Shown one piece after another: positions 39,382 to 51,346 of a stretch of 64,000 nucleotides of DNA. The notes below the pieces were generated by a model that had not been told where the DNA came from, searched no databases, and was given only the letters and a program-made list of their open reading frames with translations. The DNA comes from Octopus sinensis. Lineage: Eukaryota. The stretch is taken from contig NC_043014.1 of the NCBI RefSeq assembly GCF_006345805.1, forward strand, positions 10,106,001 to 10,170,000, written 5' to 3'. Positions within the stretch are counted from its first letter, which is position 1, and every line of letters begins with the position of its first letter. The translations under genes were made by a program, and so were the position numbers.

Positions 39382-39915
39382 CATTGTCCGACCGTGGTCG
39401 AGACAGTGGTATTTACTGCATGGTATCCCCAGATAAGGCGGCGAGCTGGCAGAAGCGTTAGCACGCCGGGCGAAATTCTTAGCGGTATTTTGCCTGCCGC
39501 TACATTCTGAGTTCAAATTCCGCCGAGGTCGACTTTGCCTTTCATCCTTTCAGGGTCGATTAAATAAGTACCAGTTACGCACTGGGGTCGATTTAATCGA
39601 CTTAATCCGTTTGTCTGTCCTCTCTGTGTTTAGCCCCTTGTGGGTAGTAAAGAAATTTGTATTTACTATGTTACGCCAGACTTCACGGTCCATCATAGCA
39701 TTACGGAGGTCCTGTCGCTGGGTGCCTGGTATCCCTGGATATTACATCAGGTTAGGAGATTGTGAGCCCTCTGGTATCGCGAGCAGATGGCTTCCAGAGG
39801 AGAAGAGTAGAAATCACCTCGTTTTCAGCTCGATAAATATGTCCAACAAACTGGACTCTTCTACCTTCCACAAGAGATGATACAGGTGGTAATTTCCCAT
39901 ATATTTGTACTTTAT
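39382..39915 (-). mobile_element. RTE-clade LINE 3' fragment interrupted by SINE C (39435-39656)
   Basis: Homologous to 50657-51145; peptide QIYGKLPPVSSLVEGRRVQFVGHIYRAENEVISTLLLWKP. Confidence 0.85.
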
Positions 39916-40010
39916 CTCCTAATAGTAATTCTAACCCAAGAGGATAGGATTTGGCAAACTCCAAAATGAAAACACGAAGAAGATGATAAGTGGTTAAAGC
40001 TGTTAAGAGT

Positions 40011-40395
40011 GGAGGCGCAATGGCCCAGTGGTTAGGGCAGCGGACTCGCGGTCATAGGATCGCGGTTTCGATTCCCAGACCGGGCGTTGTGAGTGTTTAT
40101 TGAGCGAAAACACCTAAAGCTCCACGAGGCTCCGGCAGGGGATGGTGGTGATCCCTGCTGTACTCTTTCACCACAACTTTCTCTCACTCTTACTTCCTGT
40201 TTCTGTTGTACCTGTATTTCTAAGGGCCGGCCTTGTCACTCTCTGTGTCACGCTGAATATCCCCGAGAACTACGTTAAGGGTACACGTGTCTGTGGAGTG
40301 CTCAGCCACTTAGACGTTAATTTCACGAGCAGGCCTTTCCATTGATTCGGATCAACCACAACCCTCGTCGTCGTTACCGACGGAGTGCTTCCACA
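40011..40395 (+). mobile_element. SINE head A / tail ii
   Basis: gtggaggcgcaatggcccagtgg...ccctcgtcgtcgttaccgacggagtgct. Confidence 0.9.
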
Positions 40396-41051
40396 TTAAA
40401 GCTGTTAAGAAAACAAATTAAATCAATTTCTGGTATGTTGATAATGCAGGTTTCCTGTTGACAAGAATTCCAAAATTTAAAGACCTGTGGTTTTTTAATT
40501 TTTTTATGTATGTCAAAAATGAATGCGATTTTCGAAACCATCTTGCAACACTTTATCAATGAAGAAAAGATTAGCAAAATCGGATTCGACGATGTAACGA
40601 AAAGGTCAGACATTTTTTGTGTGCGTTTTAATTTCCGTCTATAAAAGATCATTATCTGAAAGGTTAGTTTTAGTTTTAAAATGTTTAATAAAACATACTC
40701 GAAGAACGAATATTTCTAAAGGCCGTGATGTAGGAGCTTTTGGAATGAGATTAAACTATCTCTCATTCAACAATCAGACATGGAGGTTAAATAAATGCTC
40801 GCCCGTGTCAGGCGTCCCTAAGATTTGCAAACTCGAATTATTCGGATGCATTTCTAAATAGATATCCTTATATAAAATTAATCATTACTGAAATTCTTTT
40901 GTTCTTTTCTATAATTAAATAGTATTAACGGTTTTATGCAAGCCAAAATTCACCGATGGTCTTGAATACTTGCATTGAAAATACCTTTAGTTATTAGGAG
41001 TATAAATTCAAATATTAAGTTCAACATCAGGAATTTGGCAAAAGCACAGCA

Positions 41052-41121
<70 letters not shown>

Positions 41122-41495
41122 CTAGCAGTATCGCCCGGCGTTGCTCAGGTTTGTAAGGGAAATAACTATAGAGCATTTTTAGAGAGTTATAGCCAAAAAA
41201 TGGAAAAAAATATGGTAAATTTTTTTTTGAGAGTTAAAAAAGGATGGAGTTGCGTCCCCTAGACAGTTTGTGGTTCGTGTTTCTGATTCTCGACCCCATG
41301 TCGAATTTATCGATTTTTTTCAGAACTGGGGGAACTTTTCAAAATTTTCGCTGCGTTAGTTTAGAATTATGACATTGGGCTATGTGTGTGTCAAGTTTCA
41401 TCAGAATCGGTTGAAAGCCGTGGTCAGGGTGAGGGTACAAGCAAACAGACACACAGAAACACGCACAGACAAACTGCCGTTTATATATAGAGAGA
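41122..41495 (-). mobile_element. Non-autonomous Helitron
   Basis: 5' TC, 3' CTAG preceded by hairpin cc(t/c)gagcaacgccggg; inserted between A and T. Confidence 0.85.
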
Positions 41496-41533
41496 TATAT
41501 AATGTGAAATAGAAAGATGAATAATCTTGTAGC

Positions 41534-41596
41534 AACGGGTGGTGGGTGCGTTGAAGATTTTAACGGGTTAAAATCTTCAACGCACCACCACCCGTT
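41534..41596. repeat. Near-perfect 30-bp-arm palindrome (foldback tail)
   Basis: aacgggtggtgggtgcgttgaagattttaac gg gttaaaatcttcaacgcaccaccacccgtt; one-nt bulge. Confidence 0.95.
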
Positions 41597-41701
41597 CTCA
41601 ACATACACTGATAAACAGTTTGGCCATGGGCTCTTAGGAGCCTAGTTCGATTTGTTTTGCTCCGCCTCTGTTCTGTTTTTGTTTTTTCCAACGGATTTCC
41701 T

Positions 41702-41792
41702 ATTTCTTCCTGAAGAGAAAGACACAATATGGTCTCATTATTCAATCGGATTTTGGTAAATTGTGCCTTTCGAAACACGTGTAGAATGAAAT
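41702..41792 (+). ncRNA. Type I hammerhead ribozyme with canonical core
   Basis: Stem I atttcttc/gaatgaaat (1-nt bulge); CTGAAGA at 41710-41716; 12-position stem II gaaagacacaat/attgtgcctttc (one mismatch); GAAAC, acgt loop, cleavage triplet GTA at 41781-41783. Confidence 0.8.
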
Positions 41793-41998
41793 AAAACGAT
41801 TTCTGTTCAATCTTCGTTCAGCTCCATTTCTTCATTTCACTAATAATATTAAAATTCAATTATCCGCACCAACGCACGGTTGCAACACCATATGGTTGTA
41901 CCTCCAACCGTGCTGTCTTCTGCTGTGATTTTTGCTACCAAGGTATCGGTTAAACTTTTGATTAATCTGCTACAAGATTATTCATCTTTCTATTTCAC

Positions 41999-42070
<72 letters not shown>

Positions 42071-42324
42071 GACATACAAACATACACGCACACAAACATC
42101 TTTTATGCTTTAACTTTTAGTTGTTTCAGTTATCAGAATGCGGCCATGCTGGGGCACTAACATCAAGAATTTTTAGTCGAATGAATTCACCCCAGTACTT
42201 ATTATCTTTTAAGCCCGGTATTTATACGATAGTTCTCTTTTGCCAGACTGCTAAGTTACAGGTACCAAGTACTACGTTTTCGAGCGATGGAAGGTGGCAA
42301 ACACAGACGCAATACAGGCAGACA

Positions 42325-42975
<651 letters not shown>

Positions 42976-43784
42976 TACACACACACACACATATATATCT
43001 ATAAGCGAAGGCTTTCTTTCGGTTTTCACCTACTAATCCCATTCACAAGGCTTATGACGGACTGAGGCTATAGCAAAAATCAATTTCCGCAGGAGCCATG
43101 CAGTGGGACTGAACCCGGGGCTATATCGTTAGAAGGCAAGCTTCTCACCACACAGTCTTGCCTGCGCCTACATATACATACACATACACCCACACACACA
43201 TATATCCATAGATATTTTCGTATGTACATATATACATATATGTATACATATCCATATATAAATATATATATGTGTGTGTGTGTGCATGTGTGTGTGTGTG
43301 TGTGTTGTGTGTGTGTGTGTGTGTATGTGAGTGTGTGCGTGCGTGTGTGTGTGTGTGTGTTTCTGTAAACTGGATTTAGCTTCTTCGCAATAACTACATT
43401 TCAGTCCTTCACTTCTGTAACAAAACCGACAAATGTCAATATTTGAAGGTAAATAAAGTAAAGTTTATAATGCAAGTCTATGAATTAGGATTACGATATT
43501 TAGCTGGAAATCTACGCAGGAAACCTTTTTAGAAGCTAAGAAACTAAATGCAAGCTCAAAATATAGAAGTAAAAATAACTCGTTTTAGCCGAAGCCATAT
43601 TATTCCATATTGAATCTGTTATATTATGATATTTCTTCCGAACAATAACATGTGTTACGTAACTGGAACTGAAAGGTAATGACATAAGACTAGTCATCAG
43701 ATCCGTATGGCGAATTGAATGCAGCATGGCTGTGTACTAGTTATGATAGAGTGTTCAAGAAGCTTCTATCGTAACTCCGGCTTA

Positions 43785-44201
43785 GGATCTTTTCGGTTTG
43801 AACGGCAGTTTTTAACATAATTTCTAGGTAACTAAAAAATTTTGAGCTTCGTATACTGGTAGAATGTGTTTATAAAACATCTTTTTCTCTTGGCTTTATT
43901 GAGAAAATTCTATAGTTTGTAAGATATTTGTTGTTTTTTTTACTTCGATTTCTGCAATTTCAACCAATCAGTGACGTCTATTGAGGTAAAAATCATTCTG
44001 TGCCGTATGAATGTGTCATTCGTTTAAAAAACAGATTGGGTTTATTTACATTTGTGAAGGAAAAAAGATACCCTTCCCCCACCCCTAACCCTAACCCTGA
44101 AAGAGATTGAAATGCAATAGATCGATACTAGGGTCATAATTATGGGTGACAATTTCATATGACACCGCTAGAGAAAACTGCCGTTCAAACCGAAAAGATC
44201 C
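43785..44201 (+). mobile_element. Complete Merlin-like MITE
   Basis: 25-bp TIR GGATCTTTTCGGTTTGAACGGCAGT; exact 8-bp TSD ccggctta at 43777-43784 and 44202-44209; internal ccctaaccctaaccctg. Confidence 0.9.
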
Positions 44202-44390
44202 CCGGCTTATTGAGTTGACTTTCAACTCTCGCTGGCAGCTGACTTCTGCTGTTCTGCCGAAATCTTGTGTGGATTTGGTAGACGGAACCTGAAAGAAATT
44301 TCTTTGATGAGAACACAAACAAGACTCGAACCTCGATTGAGGTACTCCATCAATTTTGTTTTCCCATCTTCGGTTGAATTTGCTTATGGA

Positions 44391-44759
44391 AGCACTCCGT
44401 CCGTTACGACGGCGAGGGTTCCGGTTGATCCGAATCAACGGAACAGCCTGCTCGTGAAATTAACGTGCAAGTGGCTGAGCACTCCACAGACACGTGTACC
44501 CTTAACGTAGTTCTCGGGGATATTCAGCGTGACACAGGGAGTGACAAGGCCGGCCCTTTGAAATACAGGTGCAACAGAAACAGGAAGTAAGAGTGAGAGA
44601 AAGTTGTGGTGAAAGAGTACAGCAGGGATCACCACCATCCCCTGCCGGAGCCTCGTGGAGCTTATTTAGGTGTTTTCGCTCAATAAACACTCACAACGCC
44701 CGGTCTGGGAATCGAAACCGCGAGTCCGCTGCCCTAACCACTGGGCCATTGCGTCTCCA
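44391..44759 (-). mobile_element. SINE head A / tail ii
   Basis: Reverse complement of 40011-40395. Confidence 0.9.
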
Positions 44760-45006
44760 CGGTTGAATTTGCAATGTTCATGTGTCAATTAATTAAGTTT
44801 GCACAAGCCAACGCACACGTGCGTGCGCATATTCATATACATATATTTAATTAACATTATGTGAAATAAAGTAATCTGTTAATACTCATAAAAATGTTCC
44901 TAAACGTATCATTCTACAAAACATATAGAATGTATAGTAAGATACAAGAGGAAACAAGAAGGAGTGTATAAAATCACAAATGACTGAGAAGGAATTTATT
45001 CTTATA

Positions 45007-45376
45007 TTCTTTTATTTGTTTCAGTCATTTTGAATATGGCCATGCTGGAGTACCGCCACTAGTCGAAGAAATTGATCCCAGAACTTATTCTTTGTAAGCC
45101 TAGTACTTATTCTGTCGGTCTCTTTGCCGAACTGTTAAGTTACAGGGACGTAAACACACCAGCATCGGTTGTCAATCGATGGTGGTGGACAGACACAGGC
45201 ACGCAAACATACAGCGGGATTCTTTCAGTTTCCGTCGACCAAATCCACTCACAAGGCTTTGGTCGGCCCTAGGCTACAATAGAAGACACTTGCTCAAGGT
45301 GCCACGCAGTGGAAACTGAACCTGGAACCATGTTGTTGGTAAGCAAGCTACTTACCACACAGCCACGCCTGCGCCT
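45007..45376 (-). mobile_element. SINE group D
   Basis: Reverse complement of the group D consensus. Confidence 0.85.
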
Positions 45377-45580
45377 ATGAACCATCAAATATCACGACAA
45401 ATTTCTTCGCAACCTAAAAACATTTAGCCTAAATTCTGCACTATTTTGAAAGATCTTTTACATTTTGCATTCAGGCAGACATGTAAATAATTTATTTACA
45501 ATTAAATATAATGTATTTACATGCTATTAAGATAGGTAATAATTTGTAGCGACATTTGAATTTTCTGATTGTTAAATAAA

Positions 45581-45620
<40 letters not shown>

Positions 45621-45942
45621 GCATGTGAGCATATGTATGTGTGTATGCTTGCGTTTTTCACACCGGTTGATAACCATTGCTCTGGTCGATTTCTCTGAAT
45701 AAACACTTAACCCGGTACCCCAGCATGGCCACAGCCCATAACTGAAACAAAGGTAATATAACGCATATTTTTCCAGGGTTAGCAATTATTCTATCTAACG
45801 TCCTATGGAAAGCAATAACAAAGCATCGTCATTTATTTTGCATTACAACTAACTAAAATAAATTATATGTTTGTATAATGGACAAAAACACACCCTTTCT
45901 GTATAAGACCTTGAATATATAGGAATTTAAAGTAGTATAATA

Positions 45943-46468
45943 AATAGTTATCGCCATACTAATAAGGCAGTCTTATAAATATAAGACTAAAGCTGTCGCT
46001 GATTAGCTCCAAGAGGCCACCGCCTCTAGCTAGCTATTTGACACACAACCTGCGTCCATTACAAACCTTCGAACAGGGGAGGTCAGCCGCTTCATCCTGC
46101 TAGTCAGACAGCTGCAGACATGTTTCAGGGTTGTTGCCCTTTATCAATGCAGCTTAGTCAGACCCGCAGGTGTCGCTACTGACCGTCTTTAGTCTTATAT
46201 TTATAAGACTGCCATATTAGTATGGCGGTAACTATTAATTTCCAGTAACGCTGCCGTAATTTCCTTTAGAGAGACTTAGTAATTTTAATATTTCTATTAT
46301 TGAAAACAAGTGGATGTATTCCACTATAACTAGGTAAATAAAATCTTCGAACAGAGACGGTCAGTAGCGACACCTGCGGGTCTGACTATGCTGCATTGAT
46401 AAAGGGCAACAACCCAATAACGCTGCCGTAATCTCCTTTAGAGAGACTTAGTAATTTTAATATTTCTA
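45943..46468. mobile_element. Penelope-like pseudo-LTR relic with inverted repeats and an inverted partial duplication
   Basis: ~50-bp IR at 45943-45992 and 46187-46236; inverted copy of the interior at 46355-46415 between direct repeats at 46246-46297 and 46417-46468. Confidence 0.65.
46111..46153 (-). ncRNA. Minimal type I hammerhead ribozyme with U3-A8 covariation
   Basis: gctgca-TTGATAA-aggg caacaa ccct-GAAAC-at-GTC-tgcagc; perfect 6-bp stem I, 4-bp stem II, palindromic ACATGT stem III. Confidence 0.75.
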
Positions 46469-46668
46469 ATAAAGTAGTATATCTATGCAGAAATGTTAGT
46501 AGTACTACTTTTTAAGACTGGTAATGGTTCAAGTATATTTGCTCTACAACTGAAACACAATAAATAATTAGTATAATTATCACTCACTTTAAGTTGATTA
46601 ATTTTTTAGCTTGATTAATTAAAATGACTTCCATCAAACACAAGCGGGATATGATTTACTACACTGGA

Positions 46669-46919
46669 TACTCTTTTACTCTTTTACTTCTTTCAGTCAT
46701 TTGACTGTGGCCATGCTGGAGCACCGCCTTCTGCCGAGCAAATCGACTCCCAGGTCTTAATCTTTGTAAGCCTAGTACTTATTCTATAGGTCTCTTTTGC
46801 CGAACCGCTAGGTCACGGGGACGCAAACACACCAGCATCGGTTGTCAGGCGATGTTGGGGGAACAGAGATGCACAGAGATATACACACACGTACTCACAC
46901 ACACACATACACACACACA

Positions 46920-46995
<76 letters not shown>

Positions 46996-47160
46996 TACGA
47001 TGGGCTTCTTTCAGTTTCTGTCCACCAAATTCACTCACAAGGCTTTGGTCGGCTCGAGGCTATAGAAGAAGACACTTCTCCAAGGCGCCACGCAGTGCGA
47101 CTGAATTCAGAAACATATGGTTGGTAAGCAAGCTACTTACCACACAGCCACTCCTACGCC
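46669..47160 (-). mobile_element. SINE group D
   Basis: Full-length reverse-complement copy with (tactcttt)2 end. Confidence 0.9.
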
Positions 47161-47489
47161 TCCTACCTGGATGAAAATTAATACAAGAAACAATATATAA
47201 CATTATATATGTTAGATAATGTTTATGTATGTATGTATTTATTAGCTGAAATTCATTAGTCATCATTGATTGTTGTAACTATTGAATTTCAAATTAAATT
47301 AAAACAGAATAGAATGATGTATTAATAAATGACTTGTTTCTAAGAAAATAATATTTGTTGCATGTCTAGAATTTGCAAGCTGGGTTTCACGGTGGCGCAG
47401 TGTATTTCACTCGAATTGGGTTATTCTAGGACTTGATCGTGGGCCAACTATGACTCATTGTCGCATCTTTATATACATCTGTATATATA

Positions 47490-47900
47490 TGACATCGGTC
47501 GTGCGTTTGTACTGGTTTTAGCTTTAAGATTTTAGGGTTAGAGTTAGAGTTTTAGGGTTACGGTTAGGGTTTTAGCGTTATGGTTTTAGGGCTAGAGTTA
47601 GTGTTAAGGCTTTAGGGTTAGGGTTAGGGTTGTCATAAATAACAGTGTCAAATGAAATATACTCCGCCGGAAGTTATTGTTGACAAACAACAGCAGTAAT
47701 TTTATTCATCTGAATACACGTCATTGATTGGTTGAAATTACCGAAATAGGCCAACTTTAACGTGAAATAACTTCACAAATATAAGTTTTTGTCAAAAATG
47801 CTAAGAGTAAAAGAAGTTTTATATTACACATTCTACCAGTGTCCGAAGTTTGAAAGTGTTTAGTTACAAAAAATTATTTTTTAAAATTGTTTTTGAACGC
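47490..47900 (-). mobile_element. Right half of a foldback MITE related to the Merlin-like family, with a degenerate (TTAGGG)n tract at ~47530-47630
   Basis: Starts atgacatcggtcgtgcgtttgtactgg as at ~63127; shares cattgattggttgaaatt and cattctaccagt..cgaagttt. Confidence 0.7.
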
Positions 47901-48714
47901 TTTTGCTTTCCATTATCGCCGAATCCCTTCATTCTTAAACCATCTCAATTCTGAATACGGGAGATACACTCGCGTAAATGAATTTAAGATACAGCTTATC
48001 TATATAAGCTGTATATAAAACTACTGTTTTATATTTAAAAAATATAAAAATATTTTTTTTAATCTGTTGGTCAAAAGGTAAAGATCCCACTGGCAAATAT
48101 ATCTTCATTTGGTATTCCTCGTGCCTACCTGCACTTGGTTGACAATAGATTTCCTATGAAATCTGTGGCTGAGGAGTTAACTGTAAAAGCGTATCCAACC
48201 ATAAATTCAATTGCCACGGTGAAATCCATAACTGCCATTTTAATATGGAAAAAGAATGTCAGCTAAAATTGAAGTGACTAATAGTTATAAATGTATATTC
48301 CACTATCTAAAACATAGTCAGATTTAGTTACCATTTTCTCAAAATTTCCTAACTCTTACTTTTGTGTTAAATACCTAATTTATTGAAAATTATTTCTAAT
48401 AAATGGCCAGGTTGATATTTTAGACATCACTGTCTCTGAAGAAAATTTCCTGCGGGGAATTTCGATAGAAATTACTACTTTTCCAATGTTGTTGTTTTTA
48501 TCGTTCATGGCGGATTTGGAACTCAATATTACACATATTTATCTCCAAATGGAAACCAAATACTTTTTCCTGATGTAACAATGCTTACTATTTCAAAAAG
48601 TGAGTAACATTATTTTAAAACCTGTTTCATAGTAAAGTATTTTATAACGTGCATCTTTGCAGTTTCGTCCACATTATCCGATTTCATTCGAATTTTCTAT
48701 ACCTATTTCTTTAC

Positions 48715-49146
48715 TACACACAAAGGGTTAAACACAGAGAGTCCAAACAAGGATGGACAAACGGATTAAGTCGATTATATCGACCCCAGTGCGTAACTGG
48801 TGCTTATTTAATCGACCCCGAAAGGATGAAAGGCAAAGTTGATCTCGGCGGAATTTGAACTCAGAACGAAACGGTAGACAAAATACTGCTAAGCATTTCA
48901 CCCGGCGTGCAAACGTGTCTTATTTCTTTATTGCCCACAAACATAGAGGCTAAACATAGAGGGGCAGACAAATGGATGATTAAGTCGATTACATCGGCTC
49001 CAGTGCGTAACTGGTACTTAATTTATCGACCCCGAAAGGATGAAAGGCAAAGTCGACTTCGGCGGAACTTGAACTCAGAAAGCAACGGCGGATGAAATAC
49101 CACAAAGCATTTCGCCCGGCGTGCTAACGTTTCTGCCAGCTCCTCG
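48715..49146 (-). mobile_element. Tandem dimer of SINE group C
   Basis: Two reverse-complement copies joined after aaagaaata. Confidence 0.8.
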
Positions 49147-49235
49147 CCTTCAAATTTTCTATACCGATCAGTCTTGCCTCCTAATGCGAGAGTCATATTC
49201 ATTTTTACAGAAATTATTGATAAAACTATCACAAA

Positions 49236-49446
49236 ACTCTTTTACTTGTTTCAGTCATTTCACTGCGGCCATGTTGGAGCACCGCTGTTAATCGAGCAAC
49301 TCGGCCCCGGGACTTATTCTTTTGTAAGCCTAGTACTTATTCTATCGGTCTCTTTTGCTGAACCGCTAAGTAACGGAGACATAAACACACCAGCATCGGT
49401 TGTCAAGCAATGCTAGGGGACAAACACAGACACACAAACACACACA

Positions 49447-49504
<58 letters not shown>

Positions 49505-49677
49505 TACATATATACGACGGACTTCTTTCAGTTTCCGTCTACCAAATCCACTGTCAAGGCTTTGGTCGGCCCGAGGCTATAGTAGAAGACACTTGCCCAA
49601 GGTGCCACGCAGTGGGACTGAACCCGGAACAATGTGGTTGGTAGACAAGCTACTTACCACACAGCCACTCCTGCGCC
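49236..49677 (-). mobile_element. SINE group D
   Basis: Full-length reverse-complement copy. Confidence 0.9.
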
Positions 49678-50656
49678 ATAAAACCTATAAATTTTGAAAT
49701 TATAATTCAGAAGATACTATTACTGACAAAAGTATTTGTCTGATTCCTTAATAGCATCGCCCACAAGTCGATCTGTTTGTTTTGTTTAGAACAAAGTAGT
49801 GATGCGGTGTGGAGGTATGTGGCTTAGTGTATAGGGTGCTGAACACACGATCGTAAGATCGCGGTTTCGAACCGCATAATGCGCCTTGTTCTTGAGCAAA
49901 ACACATCAGTTCACTTTTCTCCCGTCCACTCAGCTAGCAAAAGTGACTAATCGTTTAACAGAACGACATCCTGTCCAGTGGGAAACATACACGCCACAGG
50001 CACCAAGAAAGAGGCCCAATGAGTGTATATAACTCGAGAACGAGCCTTTATTTTTAAAGCAAGTTAGTTTTACAGTGTGAGGCTAGGGTTAGGGGTTAAT
50101 CAGATAGGGTTAGGCTTAGAAAATTTTAGGGCTACTGATGCAGTTAGGGGGGACAGGTAAGAACATTTTCACCTCTTGTAAAAACTGGTTGAGTGCATAG
50201 CAGAATTTCGTATCCTATCTTCCATTTCGAAACTTTCAATTGTAAATTGTTCCTTCCACATTTAGATATGGAAGGAACATACCAATTTCTTTTTTAAACT
50301 TTTTCATCTTTAATATATTTTGGTGACAATCTAAATTGCTTTCATTAAATTCATTTTATTCGTTGAAAAGAGGAATTGCTTTATGTTGATGCAATGTTTT
50401 TTTAATTGTTTATCAACAACACGGGAAAAACTGTGACTTCAAGTAATATTTTCTTAATTTGTCTTAACAATAGATGAGATTTTCTTCATTAGCATACTGA
50501 ATTATATTAGTATAAAAGTACAGAAACCGAATACAATTAACCAATCGGAACGAGACTACCAAGATCTAGAGCGCAAAAAACATCAATTTATTGATCTAAC
50601 ACTATCTTGTCAGCATTAATTTAACTCATTTAATTTTTCTGTTAGACTCTTAGTTT

Positions 50657-51145
50657 ATCATCATCATCATCATTGTTCGACCGTGGTCGAGACAATGGAA
50701 TTTACCAGGATACGCCAGACTTCACGGTCCATCATGGCATTACGGAGGTCCTGTTGCTGGATGCCTGTATCCCTGGAGATTACATCAGGGTAGGAGAGTG
50801 TGCGCCCTCTGGTATTGCGAGTAGATGGCTTCCAGAGGAGAAGAGTAGAAATTACTTCTTTTTCAGCTCTACAACAATGTCCAGCAAACTGGACTCTGCT
50901 ACCTTTCACAAGAGATGACACAGGTGGTAGTTTCCCATATATTTGCATTTTGGTTGGATGGCGCTTCCACGAGAGATTTTGAGCTCTCATAAGGAGGCGA
51001 GTGTAGGTTCCATCCAACCGCCTCTCAAGCTTCTTTGATAACGTCCAGGTTTCTGAGCCATATAGTAGAATTGGTTCGACTGTGGCTTTGAAGATTTCAA
51101 GTTTGGAGTGTCTACTTAGATTTGATGACCAGATCTTATGCATGT
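50657..51145 (-). mobile_element. 5'-truncated RTE-clade LINE 3' end with (GAT)n tail
   Basis: KLEIFKATVEPILLYGSETWTL..LDGTYTRLL..QFAGHCCR..RDTG..DLRNAMMDREVWR; tail catcatcat on the + strand at 50657-50673. Confidence 0.9.
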
Positions 51146-51346
51146 CATAATAATCTTGGTAAATAACTTTGAAGTATGTGACATTGCTAAATTAATGTTC
51201 TGGATATATATGTATGGGGACTAGTGGTAATAAAATGGTAAACACAGAAGTAATGTATTAAGTAAAGAAAACAGCATGCATATATATACACATATATATA
51301 TATTATTTACAGGATATACATACATATGTATATATATATATATATA

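Noticed and set aside
47530-47630. True telomere or chromosome fusion site
   Set aside because: It is short, degenerate and embedded in a dispersed MITE family.
48434-48470. CTGAAGA followed by an 8-bp hairpin
   Set aside because: It is followed by GATA instead of GAAA, and no stem I partner was found.
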